NCBI RefSeq assembly: GCF_009914755.1
Contig: NC_060947.1
DNA: 64,000 bases
From: the human T2T-CHM13v2.0 reference genome, Homo sapiens
Strand: one strand, 5' to 3'
This document shows, one piece after another, positions 25,255 to 39,874 of the stretch. Position numbers and translations under genes: made by a program. Below the pieces are notes generated by a model. It saw nothing but the letters and a program-made list of their open reading frames with translations, was not told the origin of the DNA and made no database searches. Position 1 is the first letter of the stretch; each line of letters begins with the position of its first letter.

Positions 25255-25672
25255 CTTTTTTTTCTCTTTATGTTTTAATATACAAATAAAAATCGTATAT
25301 ATTTTTGGTGTACAACATGTTTTGAAATATGTATACATTGTGGAATTGCTAAATCAAGCTAATTAACATATGCATAACCTCACACACATCATTTTTTTGT
25401 GGTGAGAAAACTTCAAATCGACTCTCTTAGCAATTTTCAAGAATACAGTACATTGCTATTAACTATAATCACATGATGTACAATAATCTCTTGAATTTAT
25501 TCCACTTGTCTAACTGAAATTCTGTATCTTTTGGCCAATATCACCTCATCCCCCCCTGCCTAACCCTCAGCCCCTGGTAACCACCATTCTATTCTCTGCT
25601 TCTAGGAGTTCCACTTTCTTTTTAGGTTTTACTTATGAGTGAGATCATGTGGTATTTGCCTTTCTGTGCCTG
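25255..25672 (-). mobile_element. L1MA-type 3' end
   Basis: tacattgtggaattgctaaatcaagctaattaacatatgc..ccaccattctattctctgcttct..gtgagatcatgtggtatttg. Confidence 0.75.
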
Positions 25673-25689
25673 GGGTATCACAGAAGTGA

Positions 25690-26022
25690 CTTACTGGTAT
25701 GTGCCTCTTCTTCCTGGCTCTCTTGGGTTACTTGTTCTGAGAGAAGCCAACACCATGCCATGAGGACACTCAGGCAGCCCTGCGGGAGTCTATGTGGTAT
25801 GGACCTGAGGACTCCTGGCAACAGCCAGCACCAATTTGCCAGCCATAGGAGTAAGCCACCTTGAAGCGGATGCTCCAGCTTCATTTAAGCCTTAAGATGA
25901 CTGTAGCTCAGTAGACATCTTGACTGAGCGACCCACAGAAAATATGAAATAATCATTATTTATTGTTTCTGTAAGCCACTCAGTTTTGGGCTAATTTGCT
26001 ATGCAGCAATAGATAACAAATG
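25690..26022 (+). mobile_element. MLT1F-like LTR fragment
   Basis: ccatgaggacactcaggcagccct..caacagccagcaccaatttgccagcc..tgctatgcagcaatagataac. Confidence 0.7.
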
Positions 26023-26059
26023 TAATTTTACTGTATTTTGCATTTCTTTGATTTTTTCT

Positions 26060-26435
26060 TTTAGTAATAAATCTTTCTTATTGTATATATTTAGGCTGTA
26101 CATGATGGTGTACATGATGTCTTGATATACAAATATATATTGAAGTGATTACTACAGACAAGCAAATTAACATAACCATCATCTTATATAGTTACCTTTC
26201 CTTTTTTTGTGGCAAGAGTACAAAAACATCTACTCTCTGGGCAAATTTCAAGTATACGATATGACATTAGTAACTCTAGTCCCCATGTTGTACATTAGAT
26301 CTCCAGACTCAGCCCACAGAACTGCAACTTTGTGCCCTTTGACTTTTGTCTTCCCATATCCTTTGTGCCCCTGCACCCTGCTCCTGCTAACCACCATTCT
26401 ACACTATATGTATTCAGTGTTTTTCTTTGATTTTT
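26060..26435 (-). mobile_element. L1MA9-like 3' end
   Basis: aagcaaattaacataaccatcatc..atctactctctgggcaaatttcaagtatac..gtacattagatctccagac. Confidence 0.7.
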
Positions 26436-26781
26436 AGTGAAGTTTACATTGATTTTCAAATGTCTACTGACCACTTTCTTTTCCTTCTCTAGTCTATACC
26501 TTTGGTCAGGGTATAGTCTTTTTGCATTGATTTTAAGATCTTTATATATTAAAAGTATTAACATTTTGCCTGTCATAAACCTGATATTTTCCCCCAGTGT
26601 TTATTTTCCTGAGATGAATCTTGAAGGCAGAAGACAAGAATGGGAGAGGCTGTGAGATTGCAGGTAGAGGTGATGGCATAAGCAAAAACATAGAGGAGAG
26701 AGGCATCCTAGGATGTGTGAGGAAGTCACGGGGAGGTAGATGAGAATAAGGAGGGAGCCAGGGAGTGGCAGGAAACTAGAC

Positions 26782-26921
26782 CAGTGCTTCTCCAAGTGGG
26801 CATTCATAAAAATCGCAAGGAAATCTGGTTAAAATGCCAATTCAGTAGGTTTGGAGTCAGGCCTGAAGCTCCCAGGTAATGCAGATACTGCTGATCTGGG
26901 ACCACACTTTGAATAGCAAAG
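26782..26921. mobile_element. MER5B-like hAT MITE
   Basis: cagtgcttctcc..ttcagtaggtttggagtcaggcctg..accacactttgaatagc. Confidence 0.6.
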
Positions 26922-27149
26922 ATTTACAGAAAGAGTAGATAGTTTGTGGAGGAAATTTTTAGAAATAGAAATATGCAAAAATACAAAGTTAAAATTATGT
27001 CTAGTTTCACGGTCCAGAGATAACAACTATATACTATACCAAGGAGCAGGCCCCTCTATCGTAGAGAGGCATGGATATCTTGATATATATGTTTTGAAGG
27101 CAGCACTTAGCAATGCTTGCTGTGGGATCGACTACATTTTGGGAGTGAA

Positions 27150-27700
27150 GGAAAGGAGGGACTTACGGTTTTTGGTGTGAGCGACTGAGACTGATGACTG
27201 AGGGAGGAGCAGGTGATTTTGGAGGACGAAGGAGACAATGGATTCTGCTTTAGACCTTCATTAAACCTGAGGTACTTGTCAGCATATTGAGAGGGCAAGA
27301 AGATGCCCAATAGGTATTTGGTTATCCTGGTCTGGAGCTCAGGAAGCCTAGTATAGATTTTGGAGGGAAAAGCCATTACCTTGGTGCAGAGGTGAAGCAT
27401 GGCATTCATGAGCTCCCCTGGGTAACTGTGTAGACTGTGAAAGGAGAACAGGACTCAGAACAGAGCCCCAGGAGTCCAGGCTTTAAGAGGCAGGTGAAGG
27501 AGAGGAGTCCAGGAAGAAGACCAAAAGGGATGAGGATCAGAGTGTGTGGCTTCAAGAAAAAGGGCATGATCGACAGTGTCAAATGATGTTTCGAGAGCCA
27601 CGAGGATCAGGGCTGGCAAATGGCCATTTCTGTGAATGTGACTGGGATTCAGGTTACAGCATTAAATGGAAGTTAGACCAGTGTGGACAAGGTAAAGCTC
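27150..27700 (-). mobile_element. L2 fragment
   Basis: ttggttatcctggtctggagctcaggaag..acagtgtcaaatgatg (reverse L2 text). Confidence 0.5.
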
Positions 27701-27889
27701 GATTGTGGGGTGGGGGGAGGTAGGAATGAGAAGCAGTGGGGGCTGGGTAGTCATACTGGGAAATCATGTGTATCTTAGAATTCAAGTTTGTAGATTAGAT
27801 AGATTTTTCTCTGAGCTTTGGGGATATAAAGGCAGCACAACTGATTTCTCAGATAATAGATTAACTTTTATTATTTCTTGAGAGAGATA

Positions 27890-28115
27890 GTAGCTAATAA
27901 TATTTGGTACTCTGAACTGTTACTTTGTGCCAAATTATATGTGCACACGTGATCATTTTTACTCTTCCAGTACCCTCAGAGGTATAGCCCATTTAAAAGT
28001 GAAGAAATTAAGGGTCAGAGAACTGAAGCAGCTTGTCCAAGATTACACAGCCAGTATGTGGCAGAGCTGAGGTTTGGACCAAGGTCTGGCTGACTGAAAT
28101 CCCTGCTCAACTTTT
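27890..28115 (-). mobile_element. MIR
   Basis: gtcagagaactgaagcagcttgtccaagattacacagccagtatgtggcagagctgagg. Confidence 0.7.
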
Positions 28116-28329
28116 CTCCTTATAATGCTGCTTTGAGGGCTTGGTGGCGAGAAAGAGCCAGGGTCAGCATCCCTGGCTTGGATCACAGCAGGCAGTATTG
28201 TAGTTAAGCAGGACAGTTGTGCCACCAGATTTTGTTCATTGCACAAGATTCTTTTCCCCCACAATTTAGTCATATGCTCTGTTCTGGCAGTATATATCAG
28301 AAAAACTCTTGAAATAAGCAAGTTGTGGT

Positions 28330-29120
28330 TGTGTTTTGTTCTCTCAGCTTCCAGGGCTCCGTATTCTTCTGGTTTTCCTCTTACTACGCTGGCTGCTCCT
28401 TTGCCCTCACTTCTGACAGTTCCTCCCCATCTAATCTGAAGGTTAGAGAGCCATATGGTTCATTCCTTAGGCATTCTCCCTTCTCTCACTATACTCGTTG
28501 CCTTTCTAATCTTATTTAATATCATGGCTTTCAAAACCATGTATGTACTGCTCCCAAACATACATCTCCAGCCCAGGCCTCTACCATGAGCCCTAGACTT
28601 GTACACCCAGCTGTGAATTATGCACAGCCACTGGGTATGCAATAGACATCTCAAATCAAATCCCTCATCTGCTCCCCTGAATTTGCTCCATCTGCAGACT
28701 TCCACATCTCAGTAAGTAGAGGTTGTTCAGGCTAAAATCTTGCAGTTTAATTTGACCTCTCTTTCTCATACCCCAAATTCAATCCATCAATGAATTCTGT
28801 CTATGTTTCCTTCTAGATACATAGATCCACTTCTCACTACCACTCCTGCTTCCACTCCAGTTCTAGTCATCCCTACCATCTCTCGCTTGAATCACTCCAG
28901 GAGCCTCCTGGCTACTCTTCCTGCTTCTGCCTTGCCCCATTCAGTCTTTTCTCTGCACAGTTGCCAGAGTGATGTTTGAAGAGTAAGATTTACATCATGT
29001 CACTCTTCTGCACAAAACTTTAGCTTAAAGTTCAGCCAGAAGTCCTATATCATCTTTCAGCCACTCCACCCCATCTCCTGTTACTGTTCTGATTTTCTCT
29101 TCCCCTTGCACCTGAATGAA
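28330..29120 (+). mobile_element. L2a fragment
   Basis: ctcccaaacatacatctccagcccaggcctc..tgacctctctttctcatacccc..tgcacagttgccagagtgat. Confidence 0.7.
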
Positions 29121-29247
29121 CGAGGTTGGAATGGGGAATATAATTTGCTTCAAAGAAAAGGTAAGGCATGTGGAGTGTAACATCAGACATGAACCAAAGA
29201 AAGACAGAGTGGTTTGTGGTACATGCAAGACCTTTGCTTCCTAAGTA

Positions 29248-29586
29248 CAGTCGGCCCTTTGTATACGTGGGTTCTGCATCTGTGGATTCAACCAACTGTG
29301 ACTAGAAAATATTCTTAAAAAATGGATGGTTGCCTCTTTACTGAACATGTACAGACTTGTATGGTTGTCATTATTCCCTAAACAATTCAGCATAACTATT
29401 TACATAGCATTTACATTGTATTAGGTATTTTAAGTAATCTGGAAAAGATTTACATTATATGAGAGGATGTAGATAGGTTATATGCAAATATGATGCCATT
29501 ATATAGAAAGGACTTGAGCATCCATGGATTTTGGTATCCTAGGGGGAGTCCTGGAACAATCCCCCATGGATACTGAGGGGCGACTC
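29248..29586 (-). mobile_element. MER2 (TcMar-Tigger MITE)
   Basis: TA followed by cagtcggccctt..ggattcaaccaac..ggacttgagcatccatggattttggtatc..ggatactgaggggcgact. Terminal inverted repeats, ~340 bp. Confidence 0.85.
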
Positions 29587-30830
29587 TGGTTAGGGAACCC
29601 AACGGTTCTCACAGTGATTCATGGCTAAAGAGCAACCAGGTGCCTACAGCGATGACTAGGAATTCTTTTATAGACAGAGAGAGACTTTGTTATACTGAGC
29701 TTTCGTGTGTTGTAATTTTTGCTTGCTTGTTTGCTATTGTTTTGTGTCTTTTAGTCCCCTAGCGTGTGCTACAAAAAAACTGTAATAATCAAAATAGGCT
29801 ATGAACACAAAAATTTGAGGACCACTTGTCTTGATTACAGTATTCTTAAACCTGACAAAAAAAACCCCACAAGATAGTAGCAATTTTAGAGCCTGATGGC
29901 ATCTGAGATTGACCAGTCTTGTCCCCTCATTTTATAGATTGGGAAGTGGTCTAAGAGAAGTGACGTTATGCAGTGTCACCTAGGGGGTCCTAGCCCATGC
30001 ACGCATCCCGCCTCCTCTTGAGCTGTTGTAATGAAGTTTCCTAGCACTAGTTTGGAAATCAGTGAAGTACTCTGAAATACTTTAATATCTTCCAGATATC
30101 AATGATCTTGAAAATGGGTTCAACTTTTTTTCTAATTTCACGTGGACTTGAAGTAATTTGAGGGTAAGTGCTCTAATCAGCCACAATTCATGAGAAGTTT
30201 TGATTTAAGTATTGTCAGTTGATTTCTGCCAAGGTGGTATTTTGAAATCAGTACATTATTTCAAGTGCCAATAGAACACAGGGCTGTACTCATGTACTCT
30301 ACCATCAGGGGAAGTTTAAAAGCTCCTAATGGATCAGCTGAAACGGAAGTCATTAAAATCTTTATGCAAAAATGGATCAGAAAATAATGTCATGATTGTA
30401 ACTGAGTCACTTCACTTTATTTTCCACTTCTGGCTTCTTTCCTTTACTTTTGAAATGGCTTTAAAATCTGCTTGGATAGGTGAAATAACCCATTTCAGTT
30501 GGACTCACTGTCAGGCCTCACGGATACCTAGAAATGGGATGAGGGTGGGAAGGAGGACATGGGGGGAGGCACAACAGCTTGGAAAAGATACTTATCTTGC
30601 TGTCTTCCCCATGGCCTCTGCCTAGGGCTTCTGGCACCTCTAAGGACTGAGTCTCAACTAAGGCACTGCCTTGTGAATTTGGACCAGTCCTTTGTGGGAC
30701 CAGATGGTTTCTAGGAGCCCTTGCAGCCCTGAAAGTCCATAGGTCCAAGCCTCAAAGTTTCTTACCAGTAATAGGCTGCCCAATGCGGGAATGGTGCTTT
30801 TCCCAGGGACCAGATTATGTGCTTGGCGGG

Positions 30831-31266
30831 TGTTATGGGCTGAATTGTATTCCCCCCAAAAAAGATAAATTGGAGTCCTAACCACAGTAGGTGACTCAGC
30901 TCAGAATGTTAGTTTATTTGGAGATAGTGTCTTTATAGAGATAATCAGGTTAAAATGAGGGTATTAGGGTGGGCTGTAATCCACTATGACTGGTGTCCTT
31001 ATAGAAGGAGAAAATCTGCACACAGAGACAGACATATGCACGGGAAGACTGCCATGTGAACACACAGGTAGAAGATGGCCATCTACAAGCCCAGGAGAGA
31101 GAGGCCTGGAACAGATGGTTCCCTTGCAGCCTTCTGAAGGAACCAACCCTCTGGAGACCTTGATTTCCAACTTATTACCTCCAAAACTGTGAGACAATAC
31201 ATTTCTGTTGTTTAAATCACCCAGTATGTGGTACTTAATTACAAGTAGCCCTAGAAAACCAATAGA
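30831..31266 (+). mobile_element. MLT1B-like LTR
   Basis: tgttatgggctgaattg..ttatttggagatag..gaagatggccatctacaagcc..ccctagaaaaccaata. Confidence 0.8.
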
Positions 31267-32259
31267 GCAGGTAAAGCAGGCCTCCATCTCAGTGGTCATT
31301 TCTGTCTCTTTTTACCAGGTAGATTCTAGAAATGGAAGGAAGGAAAAAAGGCTGGTGATGAAGGCTTTCTTTTACAAAGGATTCCAAGCAACTTTCTTGG
31401 TACAGGGACTGCATCAAGTATCCTCATCTCAATGATTCATCGCTATAGCACCAGAGCCTCTCGGAGAGAAGGGAGCTTTTCTGATTTACACAAACCTCTT
31501 AATGCATTCTTGTCACTTACAAGGGGAACTAAAATTCAGTGCTGACATGGAGGGGCTGTTCTAAGGAACTTAGAATGCTAAAGACTTAATCATATGGACT
31601 CTTGATGTTCCCTAATCAGTATCACTTGGCCATTGCTAAGGTTTTAGTAAGTCCATCAACAGCCTCTCACCTCCTCTCAGTTCATTATTCTGTGCAGCTA
31701 GAGTGCCTATTATGGGAAATATGCACTGTCATCAGCAGCTTAGACATAAAATTATGCTCTGTATATGGTTGGCCAAAGCACCTCTACTCAGCTTATCACA
31801 ATTTTTCAACTAGGACCAAGGAAATTACTGTCTGATTATTCTCTTCAGTTTTCCAATCCAGTGTCTAAAGACTTGACCAAAATAGGTTTTTGTCTAAAAA
31901 GCTTGATCTTGATAAATGAGATAAAGAGCTTTTCAAAGTGGTTTAGGGAACAAATTTCATCTCATCAAAGAAAAGTGTCTTCCTCACAAATTCTTTTTGG
32001 CTTAATTTGTCTCCAGTAAGTTCCCCTGCCTGAATTTGTGCAAAATGTATAGCAGTTGTGGTAGCAAAGATGTCATATTAGAAATTACATCAAATATGTT
32101 GATTTTCTACTGGAATACTGGTGTTTTTTCAAAGTTTTTTTTTTTTTTTTTCAAAGAACTATCACAGAGAAGCAGCAAGGTGAGCATTAAACAAGTTACC
32201 CAATTTTGTGTTTACTAAGTGGTTCTGTCTTCAGTGGGTCAGTCCTGTTGTTTCTCTCC

Positions 32260-32640
32260 AGTCTATCCTAGGCCATCTTGTCTACTCCCCAGTCACCATC
32301 TTTATGCCATAATGCCCAAATACATGCCTCCAGCCCAGACCTCTCCTTTGAATGCCAGACGTGAAAAGCCACCTGCCTTTTAGGTATCTCCACTCAGTTG
32401 TCCCCCACACTCCTCAATCGCCATCATCCTGTCCCACCCAACCTACTTCTCTTCGACTATGTAGCATCTCAGGGAATGGCACCCATTGCCTTGCCAAGCA
32501 CTTAGCAAATCCTTCACCAATTCCCATCTTTAACAACCTTCTCTTCATCCCCTTATCAGTAGCCAAACCTCGTAAACTCAATCTTCTAAATCCCTTTCCA
32601 GTCCTCCCACTCGTCTCTGTCTTTGATCTCTCTACAGTTA
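32260..32640 (+). mobile_element. L2 fragment
   Basis: cccaaatacatgcctccagcccagacctctcc..catctcagggaatggcaccc. Confidence 0.55.
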
Positions 32641-33542
32641 GTGTTGTGCCCTGAGCAAGGTGATAATCATCTGGGATTCACATTTGCTGTGGAGGATTCA
32701 GATAATGGCCTCATGTATGAGAATAACCTCAAGTTTCTGTAGGTAGGCATTCCCACAGAGCCTTTCCCACCAGCAGGCATGAAGAATGGGTTTTTCCTTC
32801 TTAAGCGGAGGTACGGGGCAAGAGGAAAAGAGAGAAGCTCTTCCGTGTGGCACGAGAGAAGGATGAATGGTGCTGGCATTGTACCCTTCCACCCCTAGAC
32901 CCTGGAACTCTACCAGAGGAAGATGGAGTAGGAGCCAACATATTCTCTTCCCGCTCGGGAGGCATTTTCCATCTGGTATCTGGGAGAAAGTATGGGAGAC
33001 AGGACGGGGCCTGATCCTAAATTAGGAAATATGTGGGGTTTGTCTTTGGTGTCTCCCACCTTCCTTTCTTTATTGTCTTTTGCAGTACCCTAGGCACATA
33101 GCACCCTCCTGCTGGTCTTAGGTGCCCACAGCCCTTGATTGCTGCCTGACCTACCTCTTCAAAGCTGTCCTGGATCCTAAATTAACTCCTTCACCTCCTC
33201 CATGTATTCCTCTGTGGGATGGTGAATGGCTTTGGGTAGGCAGTGGAGGTCAGCATTGTGATCACACCTGAGAATGGTCATGGCAAAGGTCTGATGGCTC
33301 ACAGCTCTAACAGAGCCTGATTCTTCTTTAAAGGAGAAGGAGTGTCTCTAGCCCATCTTTCACCACCTTTCTTCCTCCTACTTCTCTATTCCAGCTGTAG
33401 TGTCCAGAATTTGGGCTGTACTAGAGAAGTGTTTGTGGTTGATTGACCTTGTTCCCAGGGCTTTGTTTTCTATTCTCAGCCCTACCTCGAGAGAATACCA
33501 ACATGGAGGAGTTTAAGGTGAGATCAGAGAAACTGGGCTGTC

Positions 33543-33889
<347 letters not shown>

Positions 33890-35029
33890 TCAAGTTACTA
33901 ATGAAATGCTAGCCCCAAGGGCTTGGCATTCACATGGCATAGTCCTTTTCTATACACATTGGCAGTCAAGTACACTGGCAGATGACCTGGTTGGGTAGAC
34001 AGCAGCAATGGCATGCTACTGCCGCTTACTTGCTCCCAAACTCAGCTTCTCTACAACCGTTCTCTTTTCTATCCCACCTGATGATTTACCAGTCCTTTGG
34101 CTTATGTTAAAAAAAAAAAAAAGGCTAATTTTAGAGCACTCTTAGGTTCACAGCAAAATGGAGAGGAAGATACAGAGATAGCCCATATACTCCCTGCCCC
34201 TGTACATGCATAGCCTCTCCCACAGTCAACATCCCCAACCAGTGTGGGGCATTTGTTATGATCAGATTAATTTTTAAATTATGAAATATGTTAGACATAC
34301 AAATGAGCAAAAAAAGAGTAATGCAACCAAAGCTTACATACCCACTGCTCAGCTTTTGTAATGAAACAGTACAAATGCAGTTGAAGTCTCTCATCCACCC
34401 AACTCTGATTTCATTTTCCTGCCTCCTCCCCAAAGTAATCACTATTCTGAATTTAGTGGTCTTCATTCCCATGCATTTCTCCATACTTTTACTCAAAATT
34501 TATGTGTCCATAAAATATGTAATATTATTTTAAGTGTTTTTAAGCCTCACAAAATAGTATCATGCTATAAATTACCCTTCTGCAACTTGCTTTATGTCAC
34601 TCATTATCTGCTCTTAAGATCCATCCATGTAGACATATATACTTTTAGTTCATGTATTTTAACTACTGTATAGTATTCCATTGTAGGAATGTACCACAAT
34701 GTATTATATATTCTCCTCTTGATGGACTTTTTAGTGTTTCTAGTTTTCTGAACTTACAAACAAGTGTTGCTGTGAATATTCTTATTCACATCTCTTCGTG
34801 CAATAATTTCTCTAGGGCAGTTCTTTCTTCTTTTTAAAAAACTTTTTTTTGAAATAATTTTGGACTTACAGAAAAGTTGCAAAAACTGTACAGAGTTCCT
34901 ATATAATGTTCACTCAGTTTCCTCTAATATTAATATCACATAACTATAGTACAATAATCAAAACCAAAAAATTAACATTGGCACACTACTATTACTAACT
35001 TAAAGACTTTATTAGAATTTCAGCAGTTA

Positions 35030-35440
35030 GGGCATTGATTTCCAAAGTTCACGTTGTGGCCCATTATTGCAGTGATTCCCAACTTTGGCTACACATTGGA
35101 ACCATCTGGGGAACTTCAAAAACTACTGATGCTGGGGTCACCCCCTGAGATATTCTAACTTAATTTGTTTGGGTTGTGACCTCAGCAATGGAAATTTAAT
35201 AGCTCCCCCAGACGATTGTAATATGCAGCCAAAGTTGAGAAACACTGCATTAGTATATCATGAGATCAATTTAGTAGTTAAAAAAAAATGGAATAGAAAA
35301 TATCAGAAAGCTTTTCATGCAGGATAAAAATTCTTATAGAACATTTTTGCTTCAACTATAAATATATATATATTAGGCTACAATGTAAAATGAATTTCAT
35401 ACTATGACTCATGAACCAAAACGATTTTAAGCTGCGATCT
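35030..35440. mobile_element. hAT-Charlie MITE containing a nested MER5A1/MER5B-like element (~35070-35248)
   Basis: Inner cagtgattcccaacttt..aaagttgagaaacactg inverted termini flanked by CATTATTG / CATTAGTA. The outer element resumes with atcatgagatcaatttagt. Confidence 0.55.
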
Positions 35441-35629
35441 AGGTTATACATCTAGAAATAAAATTGTTGGGTCACAAAATATATGCATCTTCCATTTTAC
35501 TGGTTGTTGCCAAATAGAGTTTTGAAGTGTTTCTACTAAATTACACACTACCAGCAGTGTATGGGAGCCCCAGTTGTCCCACTTCCTTGCCAGCACCTGG
35601 TATTTTCAGACCTTTAAAATTTTTGCCCT

Positions 35630-35928
35630 GCTGGGCGTGTTGGCTCACGCCTGTAATTCCAGCATTTTAGGAGGCCAAAGCAGGAGGATCACTTGAACTC
35701 AGGAGTTCAGGACCAGCCTGGGCAACATGGTGTAACCCCATCTCTACAAAAAAATACAAAAGACTTAGCTGGGCTTGGTGGCGCATGCCTGTAGTCACAG
35801 CTACTCGAGAGGCTGAAGTGGGAGGATCACCTGGGCCCAGGAGGTTGAGCCTGCAGATAGCTGTGATCTCTGCCATTGCACTCCAGCCTGGGCAACAGAG
35901 GGAGACACTGTCTCAAAATAATAATAAA
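35630..35928 (+). mobile_element. Alu (AluJ-like)
   Basis: ggaggatcacttgaactcaggagttcagg. Flanks AAAATTTTTGCC / AAAGTTTTTGCC. Confidence 0.9.
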
Positions 35929-38627
35929 GTTTTTGCCAATCTGGTGGGTGTGAAATGGTTTCTTGTGCTTTAGTGGGCATTTCTCAGGTATCTAGGATAG
36001 TTCATAAACTTTTTACATGTACATTGCTCAGGGTTCCTCTTTGAGGAATCGCATGTTTGTGTCTTTTGCCCATTTTTTTAAAAAAATAGATTGTTTTGTA
36101 GTTTATTGGTCTATATTCTGGATACCGATCCTTTGTTAAATCCTGTACTGCACATATCTTCTAGCACTCTGTGGCTTGTCTTTTCACGTTTGAAATGCTA
36201 TTTGTTGCACAGAATTTTTGTTTGAATGTAGTTACATGTATTAATCATTAACTTTATGGTTTGTGCTACTTATGTTTCTAAAAGAAATCTTTCCTTATCC
36301 TGAGGTCATGAAGACATTCACCTCTATTTCCTTTTAAAAGCCTTAAAGTCATGTTTCTCACAACTGACTGTTGTGTCTTTAATGCCTCCTTCAATTTTAT
36401 TTTTTAATGAGGTCAATGTAGATTAACATGCAGTTGTAAGAAATTATACAGCAATCCCTTGTACACTTTGCCCAATTTCCCCATATGTAGTTTCCCCATT
36501 ATAGAGTAGATCAGTCCACTGATCTTATTCACATTTTTCAGTTTTACTTGTGCACGCGTTTGTGTGTGTGTGTGTGTGTGTGTACATGTTAAATTCTGTA
36601 ACATTTTATGCCCTGGATAATTATTAATGATGACCATCAAGACACTGAGCAGTTCTTTCATTATTGTCACCAGGAACCCTTCTGTTGCCCTTTATAACCA
36701 CACCCACCTCTCTCCAGCATCCACACTCTGGTCCCATTCCTAATCTATGTCAAACACTAACCTTCTCTTCATCTCTACAATGTTGACATTTCAAGAATGT
36801 TATATAAATGGAATCATACAGTATGTAAGTTTTCATGTTTGGCTTTTTTACTCGGCATAAATCTTTGTAGATTCATTCAGGTTGTTGCATGTATTGTAAG
36901 TTTATTTCTTGTTTTTGGTGAGTAGAATCCCATAGTAGGACTGTATATCAGTTTGTTTATCCAGTCAGCCATTGAAGGACATCTGGGTTGCTTCCAGTTT
37001 AGGGCTATTACAAATAAAGCTTTTATAAACATTCATGTACAGGGTTTTGTATGAACATACATGTTCATGTCTCTGGGATAAATGCCCAAGAGTGCAATTG
37101 CTGGGTCGTGTGGGAGTTGCATGCTTAGTTTTATAAGAAATTGCCAAACACTTTTCCAGAGTGGCTATACCATTTATATTCCCACCAGTAATGAAGGAGT
37201 GATCCAGTTTCTCTGCATCCTCACCAACATTTGGTGTTGTTACTACTTTTTATTTTAGCCATTCTTATAGGCATGCAATGATATCTCATCAAGGTTAGAA
37301 TTTGCATTATCTCATGGCTAATGATGTTGAGCATTTTTGCATGTGCTTTCTGCCTTCTGTATATCCTTTTTGGTGAAATGTCTTTTGTTGTCTTTTTCTA
37401 ACTGGATTATTATGTTTTATTGTTGAGTTTTGAGAGCTCTTCATATATGCCAGATACAAGTCCTTTGTCAGATATGTGGTTTTGAAAATATTTTTTTCCA
37501 GCCTGCAGCTTATCTTTTAATCTTCTTCATATGGGCTTTTGCAAAGCAAAAGTTTTAAACTTTGATCAGGTTCAATTTATTGACTTTCTTTTCCATTTAT
37601 AGATATGCTTCTGGTGTCAAATCTATGAAATTTTTGCCTAGTCCAAAATCCCAAGAGTTTTCTCTTATTTTTTCCTAAAGTTTTATGTTTTACATTTAAC
37701 GTCGTGATCTATTTTGAGTTGATTTTTATATATGGTATGAAGTGTTGGTGTATGTTCATTTTTTTGCCTATAGATGTCCAATTGCTCCAGCACCATTTGT
37801 TGAAAAAGCTGTCCTTACTCCATTGAATTCATTTTGCACCTTGCCAAAAATCAATCAGGCACATTTTTAAGGGCCTCCTTGGGTTTTTAACCTATTTAAG
37901 GTTTTTACTTAAAACCTTATACATAGGTCCCAATATACATAGCTTAATTTCCTCTGAGATATATAAAAAGTGAATCATCATTTTGTAATAATACCAACAT
38001 GGTAATTAACATGAATTTTGCAACAATACCTAATTAAATACTGATCATGTAGTGTGCATTTAACTTGATCATTGTTGGTCTCTCTCAACTCCTCAGGGGT
38101 CTAATTTTAACAATTAAATTAGCCTGGAGCCACAGAGAATTGTGAGATGAATCAGAACTCAAATGTAGAAAAATACAATGTTTTATTTTACTTTGAGTGA
38201 CTAAGAAGGAAAACTTCAAAACTGTTAGATCATAGAAATATCAAATGGGAAAACAGCAGGTGGAAGTGGCCTGGCTATGAGGTTCTGTCAGCAACTAAAA
38301 CTAAAGGACTTTTTCTATTCTACCTACCAAGTGGGCCTTTACTTAGTTATGGTTATATTGCCCTACACAGCAGTTGTGTTCTTGGAAATTGGTGTGTATG
38401 TCACCCTCTAATGTGTAATGTACTAGAAAGAACCCTTTCTATACTAGGAAACAGCAGACGTGGCATCTAGTCCCAGTTGTGACTCTAACCCACTGTGTGA
38501 CCTTAAACAACAGCTTAGATCTCTGGACTTCTTTTAGCTCTGTACAGTGCAGTTCAATTTAGCAAATATCTTGAATGTCAACTCCAAGACAGATCCTGCA
38601 AGATACACTGAGATGAGCAAAACACAC

Positions 38628-38921
<294 letters not shown>

Positions 38922-38964
38922 GCAAAACACATGTCTTAATTTCAAGTGACTTTCTGGCTTATAG

Positions 38965-39140
38965 GTTACGCCTACAATTTGCTGAGCACAATAGGTTAGC
39001 TGTTATGCTAAGTACTTTACATGTCTTAGGTCCCTTAATCTTCACACTAATCTTGTGAGGTAGGAGCTAATATCATTCCCATTTTACAAATGTGAAAACT
39101 AAGGCTTCGAGGGGTTAAACAGCTTGTCCATGGTCATGCA
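38965..39140 (-). mobile_element. MIR
   Basis: tcattcccattttacaaatgtgaaaactaaggcttcgaggggttaaacagcttgtccatggtc. Confidence 0.7.
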
Positions 39141-39399
39141 CTGGATGGCTCTTCATGGACAGAATATTAACAGCTCACTTTGATCTGGGCTTCATATGCA
39201 AGTCAAGATCTTAATCTGATAGGACTGAGTGGAGCATTTTGACCAGCAGAAGGAAAAAGAGAAGTTAGATATATTTATTAGCACTTTACAGATGGAGAAG
39301 TTTAAGTATGAAAAAGTTGTATAGCTTGCCCGAAGTCCCAAGATAGTCCGGGACTCAAAGCCATGCTGTTCTTTCTTCCATAGGGGAATAAGGGCTCCT

Positions 39400-39870
39400 G
39401 CTCCAGGCTAAAGCCAACCTCTTCACTTGTACTGTGGATTTCAACTCCTTCTCCTTCTTGAGGACCTGGCTCTTCATCAGTTATTCTTTGTCATCTATGG
39501 GAGTCATCTCTTTCTCTGAGCTGTCTCTCTTCCCCACAAGAAATTAAATATAAGTATGTCCAAAAATCTTCCTGTGTTAAATATCCCTCCTCTCATCCTG
39601 ACCTGAACTGCCTCTGAAGCTACTGAGCTATCTCCTACTTTCACGTGCTTCTGGAAGGAGTTGTCTACCTTCGTTCAGTGTCTCTAATTCCTCCTCTGCC
39701 ACTCACTCCCCTCTCACTGCAATCTGGCTTCTGTCCCCAACACTCTTACCAAAGTCATCAATTACATCCTTGTCATTAAGCACATATTTCCTTTTTCATC
39801 TTGCTTGATTTTTCTGCAACAGTCAATGAACTTGACTATTGCCTCTCTTCTGAAACAGTTTTTCCCTTGG
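39400..39870 (+). mobile_element. L2 fragment
   Basis: cactgcaatctggcttctgtcccc..accaaagtcatcaattacatcc. Confidence 0.55.
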
Positions 39871-39874
39871 CTTA

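Larger units (their letters stand above)
34125..37880 (-). mobile_element. Stack of old L1 (L1MC/L1ME/L1MB-type) 3' fragments, interrupted by hAT MITEs, an AluJ and a (TG)n tract at 36561-36582
   Basis: Several reverse L1 3'UTR starts (34125, 34270, 34835, 36395). ORF 36965-37147 is L1 ORF2-end text. Confidence 0.7.

Noticed and set aside
32660-33530. Moderately GC-rich unique block as an LTR or exon
   Set aside because: No termini, TSD or protein similarity that I can recognise.
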